Shown here: positions 20,365-29,783 of the stretch, piece by piece
Numbering within the stretch: position 1 is the first letter of the stretch
Layout: each line of letters starts with the position of its first letter
Assembly (NCBI GenBank): GCA_964574985.1
Contig: CAZNPH010000017.1
Span: 11,923-75,922, forward strand
Source of the DNA: an uncultured Bacteroidaceae bacterium
GTDB lineage: Bacteria; Bacteroidota; Bacteroidia; Bacteroidales; SM23-62
DNA length: 64,000 nt
Direction of reading: 5' to 3'
Program-made: the position numbers and the translations under genes
The notes under the pieces: generated by a model
What the model saw: only the letters and a program-made list of their open reading frames with translations
Told to the model about the DNA's origin: nothing
Database searches by the model: none

Positions 20365-22725
20365 ATGAAAAAAGTTCTCAAAGCATTTCTGTACTTTTTG
20401 GCCGGACTGATCATCGTTGTTTCCGGACTCGCTGTTGCCCTCCGCATGATGAGTCCGGGTACCCCCCAACCCATTACAGACCGGAACGGAAAGACAATTC
20501 CCGGGAGCATTTCCGCCATTGAAAAAATCACCCTGGGGGGATATGAGCAGTACATTATTGTCCGGGGAGCCGGCAAATCCTATTCCGAAGACATCCCACC
20601 GGAAACCATGAATGTCCGACAATTCATTTCGGATGCCCGGGAACTCAGCCAAAAGCTCATCGAACGTTTCAGCCGGGAAAAGATATTCCTAATGGGGCAT
20701 TCCTGGGGCTCTTTTCTGGGGATCCTGACAGCCTACCGGTATCCTCAGCTGTATCATGCATATTTTGGTGTGGGACAGGTCTGTGATCAGTACAAAGGTG
20801 AACAGGTTGCACTGGAACTGGTCAAAAAAGCAGCCGTCAGACAGCATGATGAAAAGGCGGTCAGGGAGCTTTCCCGGATCAGCTTTCCGGATTCACTGGC
20901 CGGCAGCAGGGAGTGGCTGGACTATCTGAAGGTTCAGCGGTCTTATGCCAATGAGTTTGGATACGGCATTGCCCGGGATTTCCGTGGAATATGGCCGGTG
21001 ATTAAACTGGTCCTGCAGGCAAAAGAATATACCCTGGGTGAAAAACTCAATGCTTTGCAGGGAAGTATGTTCTCACTTGAACATCTCTGGCCGGAAATAA
21101 TCCAGAGAAATCTTTTCTGTGAGATCGACAGCATGCAGTTGCCGGTTTATATCCTTCAGGGGAAATATGATGCCCAGTCACCCCATGCAGTGGCCGAAGA
21201 CTTTTATGAACAGCTGAAAGCGCCCCGGAAGGCCTTTTATACCTTTCATCATTCCGCCCATAGTCCGGTTATAGAAGAAACGGCTAAGTTCAATTCCATT
21301 GTAAAAGAAAAAGCTTTTGGCAATGAATTGCTTGCCGGTTCATTGCTCTCAGGTCAGGAAAGCTCCGGGGGATCAACGGTTCACGAAAAAATCCGGCAGC
21401 GCACGGATGAAATCCGGGATTACCTGATTGCCATCCGGAGAGACCTGCATGAACATCCTGAATTGCCGGGGCAGGAGAGAAAGACCTCAAAAATCGTTGA
21501 GGAATATCTTTTGTTGCTCGGACTGGATGTCAGGAGCCATATTGGAGGATACGGGGTGGTGGGCATTCTGAATGGCCGGAACCCCGGCAAAAAGATCGCC
21601 TGGCGTGCAGATATGGATGCGATGGAAACAGGGCACATACGCGGGCATGACGTTCATACAGCAATCGGGATGGGGGTGGCCAATGTGCTGGCAGCACAGA
21701 AAGAAAATATCAACGGGACCATTTATTTCATCTTCCAGCCATCGGAGGAGAACTTCGAAGGGGCCCTGTCCATGATCGATGACGGGTTGTTTGAACTGAT
21801 CGATCCCGTTGAGATTTATGCCTTGCATGTCAATCCCATACCGGCCGGATCAATAGCTGCCAAACCAAATGAAGTCTATGCCCGGATGAAAGTGATCAGG
21901 ATCACCTACCGGAATACCGGAAATGGAGAAGACAAAATTGATTATACGAAAACAGTCCTCAACGAACTGACGCAGGTTGAAACGGTTCTGACCGGCAGCC
22001 ATGAAGATTTATTGACCGGAGCCATTGCAAAAGCCAGGCAACGGCTCCGCAATTCGGAATTCAACCATGACCTGGTTTCCATTGAGTATGCTTTTGAATA
22101 TCCCACGATGATGAACGATCCTCATCTGACAAAGGAATCATTGCACGCCATATCAGATGTCTACGGGGAGCAGGCTGTCGCCCCCGTCTATGGGGTAGTT
22201 CCCGGTTTCAATGATGATTTTTGCTACTTCCAGCAAAATGTGCCCGGTGTGTATTTTTTCCTGGGGGCATCCGATTTTCAGAAAGGTTTGATTTCAATGC
22301 CCCATTCCCCCGATTTTGCCGTGGATGAAGAATGCATAGTTTATGGGATCAGGTATGCCGCATCCATGCTGGTGGAAAGGCTGAACAAACATAAATCGGT
22401 AAACGATGAGAAATATCCTCCTGCTTGTGCTGACCGTCATCTTGCCGGACTCACCCAACGGGATGCATATTTCCCCGGATTACTGGCCCTTTGCGGGGAC
22501 CTGGAACGTGCCGGTCCCTCATATAATGCATGGAATTTTATCTGGAACAGGCACGGACTGGTTCCCACGGTTTATGATTATGACCGGGACACGGTAATCA
22601 ATCCCTATTACCAGTTGAACCCGGAGATCAATCCGGATGATTATGTGTTCATCACCGAGGCACACCCTTTCAAAATAAGCCATTTCAACAGGGATGAAGC
22701 GAAAAACATGTTAAATATCAAATGA
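20365..22725 (+). pseudogene. Chimeric ORF: alpha/beta hydrolase + M20 amidohydrolase + fragment of a third gene
   Basis: GHSWG..YD..SAHSP hydrolase lacking its HGGPG block. Then RRDLHEHPEL, RADMDA, GHDVH, FQPSEE, DDF and HSPDF (M20). The ORF reads through past a separate ATG at 22406 (MRNILLLVLTVIL). Confidence 0.75.
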
Positions 22726-23192
22726 CCATGAAAACAGGAATTTATTTATTAATGATTTGTTGGATTCTTTTAACGGGTGCGGACTTGAACGGACAATATC
22801 CGGGCAATTTTAACCTTCAGGTGGTTGAGGAGTTCTCCGTTGGCTCTCAGGTGGGCACATTACGTGCGGTCCCCGTTGACCTGAACGGTGACGGGTATCA
22901 TGAATTTGCATGTGCCCAGGGTGAACAGTCAGACAGGAAGGTCTATGCATTTTCCGGGAATGTCATCGGATATCTGGGAGAAAATGCCTTCATTGCCATG
23001 GCTTCAAAGTTTATGGACCTGCCCGGAGAGCAGTTGCTGTGTTACTATCCGGACGGAAGGATCAGGATCTGGGCCGACCGGAATGCAAGGGATTCCCGTA
23101 TTGCTATACACAGATACAATTCACCTTATTACAAAATCGCCCAAAGTTTAACGGCCACGGGATATAACCTGATCAATCCGGGAGGATTGTAG
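22722..23192 (+). pseudogene. Internally deleted exported FG-GAP/beta-propeller protein (rhamnogalacturonan-lyase-like)
   Basis: Signal peptide, then LRAVPV directly fused to PVDLNGDGYHEF and a C-terminal segment. At 156 aa it is too short for a propeller. Confidence 0.55.
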
Positions 23193-23194
23193 TT

Positions 23195-24829
23195 ATGAAG
23201 AAACTGATTATGGCAGGATCGATGTTTTGTGCATTTTCAGCCTGTGTTTATGCACAGACAGGATCAATCATTGCAGATTTCAGGACGCCGGGGGAGTTTC
23301 CGACCGGACTCTGTTTTGACGGGGAGAACCTGTGGCTGGCCGACCGGGGGACCGACAAGCTGCATTGCATTGATCCGGAAACGGGAAGGACGGTCCGTCA
23401 GATCGAGTCACCGGCTTACTGGCCCATGGGACTTGCCTGGGACGGAAAATGTCTCTGGAATGCCGATTACCGGGGACGGACCGATAAATCGGAGGACCTG
23501 GATGGCATGATCTTCAGGATCGATCCGGAAGACGGCACCATTCTGAAAACCTTGCAGGCACCCTCAAAAAGCCCCAAAGGATTGACTTTTGACGGCAGGT
23601 ACCTCTGGTGTGTCGATGATGAAACGGATAAGGTCATCTGCTTCAACCAGTCCGACGGCACCACCATTCAATCTTTTCCTTCTCCCGCGAAAGATCCCAG
23701 GGGAATGGCTTTTGACGGCAAATACCTGTGGATCTCAGACCGGGGGACCGATGAGATCTATATGGTCGATCCCGGGACAGGACTTGTTGTCATCATTATG
23801 GATGCCCCCGGGGTGTATGTGCACGGACTCGCAATTCAGGGAAATTCTTTATGGGTGGTGGATCATGAGGAGGACAAAGTATTCAGGCTGGCGATAAGAG
23901 ATCCCGGAAAGTTTGTCCGCAAAGACAAACAGTGGCACCAGGTAACCTTTCATCATCAGGTAACCTGTTACGGACCGGGGAAGATCAAAACACTGAATAT
24001 ACATATCGCGCTGCCCGAAAACAGGGAAAATCAGGAGATATCCGGAGAAATCACCTATAACGAGGAACCGGATGAGGTGGTGACCGATTCCTGGGGTCAG
24101 AAAACGGCATTGTTCCGTTTCCGGGATCTGGAACCCGGAGAAAAAACGGATATACGGGTGACCACAGTCTTTGCAGCATACAATGTGCGGTATTTTCTGT
24201 ATCCTGAAAATATGGGATCCCTGGAAGATATCCCGGATGATATTAAGCAAAAGTATCTCCGGGATGATGAGAAATATCAGATCAACAGCAAAGCCGTCCG
24301 GGAAACCGTCCGCCGGGTTGTGGGAGAGGAAACCAATCCGTACTGGATCATGCGGAAGCTCCATCAGTACCTGATCGGTCATCTGTACTACAAAATGGAT
24401 GGTGCATGGGACACCGCACCGACGGTCCTTGCCAACGGGCATGGCTCCTGTTCGGAATATACTTTCGTATTCATTGCGCTTTGCAGGGCGGCCGGACTCC
24501 CGGCGCGGTATGTCGGATCGGTCTGGGACAGAAATGAACTCGCTTACATGGACGATGTGTATCACCGCTGGGTGGAGGTATATCTGCCCGGTTACGGGTG
24601 GATCCCTAACGATCCCACCCACGGTGACCGGGAACTGCCCAGGGATCAGGTCTTCCCTGTCGGACTGGTGCGCAATGCGGCGTTGATCACCACCCAGTCT
24701 GGCGGGGGTTCTTCCACCATGGGATGGACATACAACAGCAATGAGAATTATACCACCGAACCCAAAACGAATCTAAATATTGCTCATTATGCCGATTGGG
24801 ATAAGGTGGAAACAGGGAAAAAGGAATAA
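23195..24829 (+). CDS. Exported transglutaminase-like protein with an N-terminal beta-propeller
   Basis: Repeats of P.GL.FDG..LW..D. Catalytic triad in GSCSEY, HRWVEVY and WIPNDPT. Confidence 0.88.
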   Translation: MKKLIMAGSMFCAFSACVYAQTGSIIADFRTPGEFPTGLCFDGENLWLADRGTDKLHCIDPETGRTVRQIESPAYWPMGLAWDGKCLWNADYRGRTDKSEDLDGMIFRIDPEDGTILKTLQAPSKSPKGLTFDGRYLWCVDDETDKVICFNQSDGTTIQSFPSPAKDPRGMAFDGKYLWISDRGTDEIYMVDPGTGLVVIIMDAPGVYVHGLAIQGNSLWVVDHEEDKVFRLAIRDPGKFVRKDKQWHQVTFHHQVTCYGPGKIKTLNIHIALPENRENQEISGEITYNEEPDEVVTDSWGQKTALFRFRDLEPGEKTDIRVTTVFAAYNVRYFLYPENMGSLEDIPDDIKQKYLRDDEKYQINSKAVRETVRRVVGEETNPYWIMRKLHQYLIGHLYYKMDGAWDTAPTVLANGHGSCSEYTFVFIALCRAAGLPARYVGSVWDRNELAYMDDVYHRWVEVYLPGYGWIPNDPTHGDRELPRDQVFPVGLVRNAALITTQSGGGSSTMGWTYNSNENYTTEPKTNLNIAHYADWDKVETGKKE

Positions 24830-24846
24830 CCATTGTCTTGGAATAA

Positions 24847-25644
24847 TTGAAAAACATGTCCGGATCTTACTATTTTGATCTGCAGGCCTCGTGGGGAATG
24901 ACAAAGCACATGGGCGGCCGGGAGGCAACAAAAAGGTTAATCGGGGCCTGTAACATTGAAAAGGATTCTTATGTGCTGGATGTGGGATGCGGGGTGGGGA
25001 TCAATTCGTGTTACATGGCCAGGGATTATGGATGCAAAGTGACGGGCATAGACCTTTCTGAAATGATGGTCAAAAGATCCAGGGAACGGGCTGCAAGAAA
25101 AAAAGTCAAAAACAGAACAGAATTCATAGTTGCGGATGCACATGACCTTCCGTTTGAAGATGGTGTTTTCGATGCGGTTGTTTGCGAATCCGTGGCGGCC
25201 TTTTCTCAGGACAAAAAAAAATTAATGAATGAACTTGTGCGGGTTGCCAAATCCGGTGGTTATGTAGGATTGAATGAAGTGACCTGGCTGGAAACCCCGC
25301 CTGCAAAACTGGCTGAATACCTGTCACGGGTCCTGGGCAATGCGGAATTTTTGAGTCCGGCTGCCTGGAAGGATCTGTTAAACAAGGCAGATATTGCCAT
25401 CACTGAATCGAGTGTCCAAAGAACCAATGCCCTCCGCCAATGGCATGATGAAGTCCGGCAGATGGATCCTGCGGAATACTTCAGGGCATGGAAAGAATTT
25501 TTCATTATGTTTTTTACAAGAAAGGAAGTCCGCAAATGGATGTGGGATATCTGCATTCCCCCGCGAAGCATTTTCAGGCTTTTCAGGTATTTCGGATATG
25601 GCTTGTATGTTGGCAGAAAGCGGTCTTTATCCCACACCGGCTGA
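24847..25644 (+). CDS. Class I SAM-dependent methyltransferase
   Basis: HMGG, VLDVGCGVG, TGIDLS, DAHDLPFEDGVFDAV and RVAKSGG. TTG start (ATG alternative at 24856). Confidence 0.88.
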   Translation: MKNMSGSYYFDLQASWGMTKHMGGREATKRLIGACNIEKDSYVLDVGCGVGINSCYMARDYGCKVTGIDLSEMMVKRSRERAARKKVKNRTEFIVADAHDLPFEDGVFDAVVCESVAAFSQDKKKLMNELVRVAKSGGYVGLNEVTWLETPPAKLAEYLSRVLGNAEFLSPAAWKDLLNKADIAITESSVQRTNALRQWHDEVRQMDPAEYFRAWKEFFIMFFTRKEVRKWMWDICIPPRSIFRLFRYFGYGLYVGRKRSLSHTG

Positions 25645-25650
25645 GTCCTT

Positions 25651-25964
25651 TTAGTCATTTGCGGCTATCCAATCCATGATCAGCTTGAATCCTTCATCCC
25701 TGTGGGAGATATGTTCTTCCTTTCCCTCTTTCAACACCGTTTCATAAAACCAATGATCACACCCCGCCAACCGCTGACAAGGAAAATAACCGGTTTGTCT
25801 TCTTCAATTCCTTTTTCAGAAACGTAAAAACTGATGTCTCCAAGCTGTGCGTCTCGGAAGTGAAATGCTTTAAGGCCTTAGTCCGCCGGAGTGATCCCTT
25901 GTCCGGTTACAACCTGTATGAAAAACATGAGGATGATGGCGAAAAAGTAACAGTTTTTTTTCAT
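25651..25964 (-). pseudogene. Collapsed exported alpha/beta-hydrolase-like gene (not in the ORF track)
   Basis: MKKNCYFFAIILMFFIQVVTGQGITPAD*GLKAFHF..KPVIFLVSGWRG, then a frame change to GCDHWFYE..HRDEGFKLIMDWIAAND*. N- and C-termini are joined. Confidence 0.55.
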
Positions 25965-26052
25965 GACTTTGGGTTTTGCGATTTTTGCGAGGGGATGATT
26001 TGATGATTTTTTTCTGAGTTCATTCCTTTGTTGCCGGAGCGTGACAATTTCA

Positions 26053-27543
26053 TCAATTGATGGCTATGAAGGTTGTTGTTGTTCCCCTGGGAGGATCATA
26101 AATGATCGACCCCTTTTGTGCTTCGAACACCCCGATCTCCTTATACAATTCCGAACCGTCCCGGTTTGTCCGGAAGGCCCTGAAGCGTGTGCTTTCGGTT
26201 CCTTTCAGCCGGATCTCAATGGGCAATGACCATATATAAATGTTGCTGGAAAGCACAAAGGCATCCGGTTGACCGGTGTTATTCCCTGAAAAAGCAATGA
26301 TGAATGCCTGGGGACTGGCCAGAGTTGCTTTTGCTACTGCCATTCCACGGCGTCCTGCCCGGGTCAGTTGCTTGTAGGTATAATATCCTTTCATCACTTC
26401 GTATGTGCCGTCATCATGCACGGTAAAGGCGTTTCCGGGGTTCGGGTCGCCGCCGGTCCATTGTGAGGGATTCTGAATGCCTGCCCAGGGAATGATGGCA
26501 TTTACCCTGGCTGAATATATGTTTTCATGGACCATTCTGACAAAATGAACTCCCATGTTTCCCCAGCTGAAGGAGGTTACCCAGGCGTGGAGACCGGGTC
26601 TTTTCTGACGCAGAAGTCCGGTGGTCAGATCATTGGCCGTTCCGTAACTCAGTTTTCCGGGATCTCCGTTGATGAAACCATGGGTGGTCAGTATCCCCAG
26701 ATTGCCGAGTGCTTCATCATCATTGTACAGAGCATCAGCATATCCCCAGTAATAGAAACGGGTCCAGTTGGAGGGTTCTCCGTTGGTTGTTTTTACTTTG
26801 TTGAGGCCATGTTCTGTAAGGACGCCGGGGAGAACTTTCAGGAAGCGGTTTGCCTGTCCGGGCGGCCAGTACATGTTGTAGTCGAATTTTTCCATGCGCT
26901 GGGTGCCTTTTTTGAAATTCCAGCGGTAGAAATCTTCACCTTCGTTGTGCAGGGAAATGTATTTGACAGGATAGTCATGATCAACAAGATATTTGATCCA
27001 GTGGGCCATGTAATTGCAGAGATTATGAGTGTGTGCAGTATCCAGGTCCCTGCCGCCGATGAATTTTTGCCGGGTTGCCCAGGCGGGGGGTCCGTATAAT
27101 GTGGTGATGATTTCCAGCTCATCGCCCCTGTTCCGAGTGATTTCCAGGCCGTTATGAACAAAATAGCGCATGTTTTCCGTGGTGCCTTCGTGGTTGAAAA
27201 TCCCTTCCGGTTCCTTTTGATGATACGGATCCAGGAACATCTTGACGATTTGTAACTGTAAACCGTCTTCTCCGAAAATCATTTCCAGTATTTCCTTTTT
27301 TTGTTTTTCGGACAGAAGGCTGAAACCCCCGTAATCCTGAGGATTTTTTGCGTAATCCCTGGTTTGGGACGCTTCAACATAATTGAATCCGAATCCGTCC
27401 CAGTCAAGGATTTTTTCGCCAAAATCGATTTCGGCCGGGATGGTATTCATTTCGGTTACCTGGGATTTCATTCCGGTGATCAGCAGGAATGAGAGAAGCA
27501 GGCCGAGCGGGATGTAATGAATTTTTTTCATAGAATCATACAT
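26053..27543 (-). CDS. GH30-like (clan GH-A) exported protein
   Basis: Signal peptide, WDGFG, YGPPAW, ISLHNEGE, THG and a C-terminal beta-sandwich. AWVTS sits at the usual nucleophile position. Confidence 0.65.
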   Translation of the reverse strand: MYDSMKKIHYIPLGLLLSFLLITGMKSQVTEMNTIPAEIDFGEKILDWDGFGFNYVEASQTRDYAKNPQDYGGFSLLSEKQKKEILEMIFGEDGLQLQIVKMFLDPYHQKEPEGIFNHEGTTENMRYFVHNGLEITRNRGDELEIITTLYGPPAWATRQKFIGGRDLDTAHTHNLCNYMAHWIKYLVDHDYPVKYISLHNEGEDFYRWNFKKGTQRMEKFDYNMYWPPGQANRFLKVLPGVLTEHGLNKVKTTNGEPSNWTRFYYWGYADALYNDDEALGNLGILTTHGFINGDPGKLSYGTANDLTTGLLRQKRPGLHAWVTSFSWGNMGVHFVRMVHENIYSARVNAIIPWAGIQNPSQWTGGDPNPGNAFTVHDDGTYEVMKGYYTYKQLTRAGRRGMAVAKATLASPQAFIIAFSGNNTGQPDAFVLSSNIYIWSLPIEIRLKGTESTRFRAFRTNRDGSELYKEIGVFEAQKGSIIYDPPRGTTTTFIAIN

Positions 27544-27607
27544 TATTGCACAGGTAATTTACAATTTTATTTATTTATTAACTTGGGAATGAAAAAATTG
27601 ATTAATC

Positions 27608-29743
27608 ATGAAACAAATGACCCTTTTATTATTGCTCGGTGCCGTGCTGGCCGGATGCCGGTCAAAAGACACAAAAAGACAGGAAATCGATCTCAACGGC
27701 CGTTGGGAGATCGCCAGAACAGGAACGGGTGAGGAAATGCCGGAAAAATTTGCTTCGCAGGTTCAGGTACCCGGACTGGTGGATCTGGCCGTTCCTTCCA
27801 TGGACGGGGAGGACGGATCCTATGATAATTCCCTGTACTGGTACAGGACGAATTTCAGCCTGGATCACAGGGGCAAACAAATTGTCCGGCTGAAGATCAA
27901 CAAAGCCAAATACCATACCCGCGTATATGTCAACAGACAAAAGGCGGGTGAACATGTGTGCAATTTTACCCCGGGTTATTTTGACCTGAAGCCATATTTA
28001 CATCCCGGGGGGGCGGAGAATGAACTGGTCATTGCCGTGGGTTGCAAGAACAATCTTCCGGATACGGTGACCGATGGCAATGATTATGAAAAAATCAGGT
28101 ACATCCCGGGAATATACGATGAGGTAAAGCTGATATTGTCCAATCCGCCATATATCAGCAGGATACAGACAGCACCGCAGATTGACAAAGAGTGTGTGCG
28201 CATAGTTGCGGAAATTGAAGCAGACGGTGACCGGAGGACCGGGGAGACGATCCGTTATGTGATCAGGGAGCTTGATTCAGGCAAAGAGGTTGCCCGGGCA
28301 TCCGGTGCGGAAGGAGAATCCACCGGCGGCAACCGGATCCGGTATGATTTTACTGAGGAAATTCCCGGGTGCCGTTTATGGTCCCCGGAGGATCCCTTTC
28401 TCTATGAACTGGAAATTTCTACCCGCAGTGACCGGAAAAAGGTCAGATTCGGGATGCGCAGTTTTCATTTCAAAAAAGGAGGTGATGTGGCCTTGCTCAA
28501 CGGCAGACCCTATTACATGAGGGGAACCAATGTTTGTATATTCCGCTTTTTTGAGGACCCGGCCCGGAAATACCTGCCATGGGACGAGCAATGGGTAACC
28601 AAACTTCACAGCAGGTTCAAGGATATGAACTGGAACAGCATCCGTTATTGCATCGGTTTCCCCCCCGAAAGATGGTATGAGATCGCAGACAGCCTCGGAT
28701 TGATGATCCAGGATGAATACCCGATATGGACGGGAACGGATGATTTCAATGAATTGCTGCCGGGAGTGACACCGGAAAGACTGGCCGGAGAATATACGGA
28801 ATGGATGCATGAACGGGCCAATCATCCCTGCGTGGTCATCTGGGATGCACAAAACGAATCGGTGAACGAAACCACGGGAAAGGCCATTCAGCTTGTCCGG
28901 CATCTGGATCTTTCCGGGAGGCCGTGGGATAACGGATGGGCGTCTCCGGTCAGTGAAACGGATTGCATTGAATCCCATCCCTACCTGTTTGTGAGGTATC
29001 TTCACCAGGAAGAAAGTCCGTCCGACCAGGGGGTACTGAAGGATCTTTTGTCTGAAGTCCGTTTACCCGGTAACGACCCCAATGAGCGTTCCCCGGCACC
29101 AAACGGAAAGCGGTACCGGAACGCCGTCATCAACAATGAATATGGCTGGCTGTGGCTGAACCGCGACGGCACCACCACCCGGCTGACGGATCAGGTTTAT
29201 CAAAAGGTTTTTCCTGAAGTCACCACCCCCGAAGAAAGGTTCCGGGTCTATGCCCGGCATCTTGGCATGCTTACCGAATACTGGAGGGCGCACCGCAAGT
29301 GCGCAGCGGTGATGCATTTCTGCGGGCTCGGATATTCACGTCCCGATCCACCGAAAGGCCACACCAGTGACAACTTCATTGATCTCGAAAACCTGGTGCT
29401 GGAACCCCATTTTGTTCAGTATGTCAAACCGGCATTTGATCCGGTCGGACTCATGATCGATTTTTGGGATAAAAATGCAGAGTCCGGAAGCACCCTGCGG
29501 GTGCCGGTCCATGTCATCAATGATACCCATGAGGCCTGTGCGGATTCTGTCAATCTGTACATTGAGCGGGAAGGAACGGTCCTGAAACGGTTGTCCGCTC
29601 CCTGTGAAATTGATGCCCTGGGAAAGGAGATCTTTGAATTTGACATTACCGTACCCTCTGAAAAAGGCCGGTACCGCCTGGTAGCCGAACTGATCCGGGA
29701 TACCCGGCCGGTACGCAGTATCCGGGATTTTGCTGTCAGATGA
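27608..29743 (+). CDS. GH2 family glycoside hydrolase lipoprotein
   Basis: Lipobox LAGC. Motifs DLNGRW, LWSPEDPFLY, RFGMRSF, LNGRPYYMRG, NHPCVVIW..QNE and NNEYG. Confidence 0.88.
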   Translation: MKQMTLLLLLGAVLAGCRSKDTKRQEIDLNGRWEIARTGTGEEMPEKFASQVQVPGLVDLAVPSMDGEDGSYDNSLYWYRTNFSLDHRGKQIVRLKINKAKYHTRVYVNRQKAGEHVCNFTPGYFDLKPYLHPGGAENELVIAVGCKNNLPDTVTDGNDYEKIRYIPGIYDEVKLILSNPPYISRIQTAPQIDKECVRIVAEIEADGDRRTGETIRYVIRELDSGKEVARASGAEGESTGGNRIRYDFTEEIPGCRLWSPEDPFLYELEISTRSDRKKVRFGMRSFHFKKGGDVALLNGRPYYMRGTNVCIFRFFEDPARKYLPWDEQWVTKLHSRFKDMNWNSIRYCIGFPPERWYEIADSLGLMIQDEYPIWTGTDDFNELLPGVTPERLAGEYTEWMHERANHPCVVIWDAQNESVNETTGKAIQLVRHLDLSGRPWDNGWASPVSETDCIESHPYLFVRYLHQEESPSDQGVLKDLLSEVRLPGNDPNERSPAPNGKRYRNAVINNEYGWLWLNRDGTTTRLTDQVYQKVFPEVTTPEERFRVYARHLGMLTEYWRAHRKCAAVMHFCGLGYSRPDPPKGHTSDNFIDLENLVLEPHFVQYVKPAFDPVGLMIDFWDKNAESGSTLRVPVHVINDTHEACADSVNLYIEREGTVLKRLSAPCEIDALGKEIFEFDITVPSEKGRYRLVAELIRDTRPVRSIRDFAVR

Positions 29744-29783
29744 TTGAATAAAATAACTGCTGGAAAATAATCAAATAAGTAAA

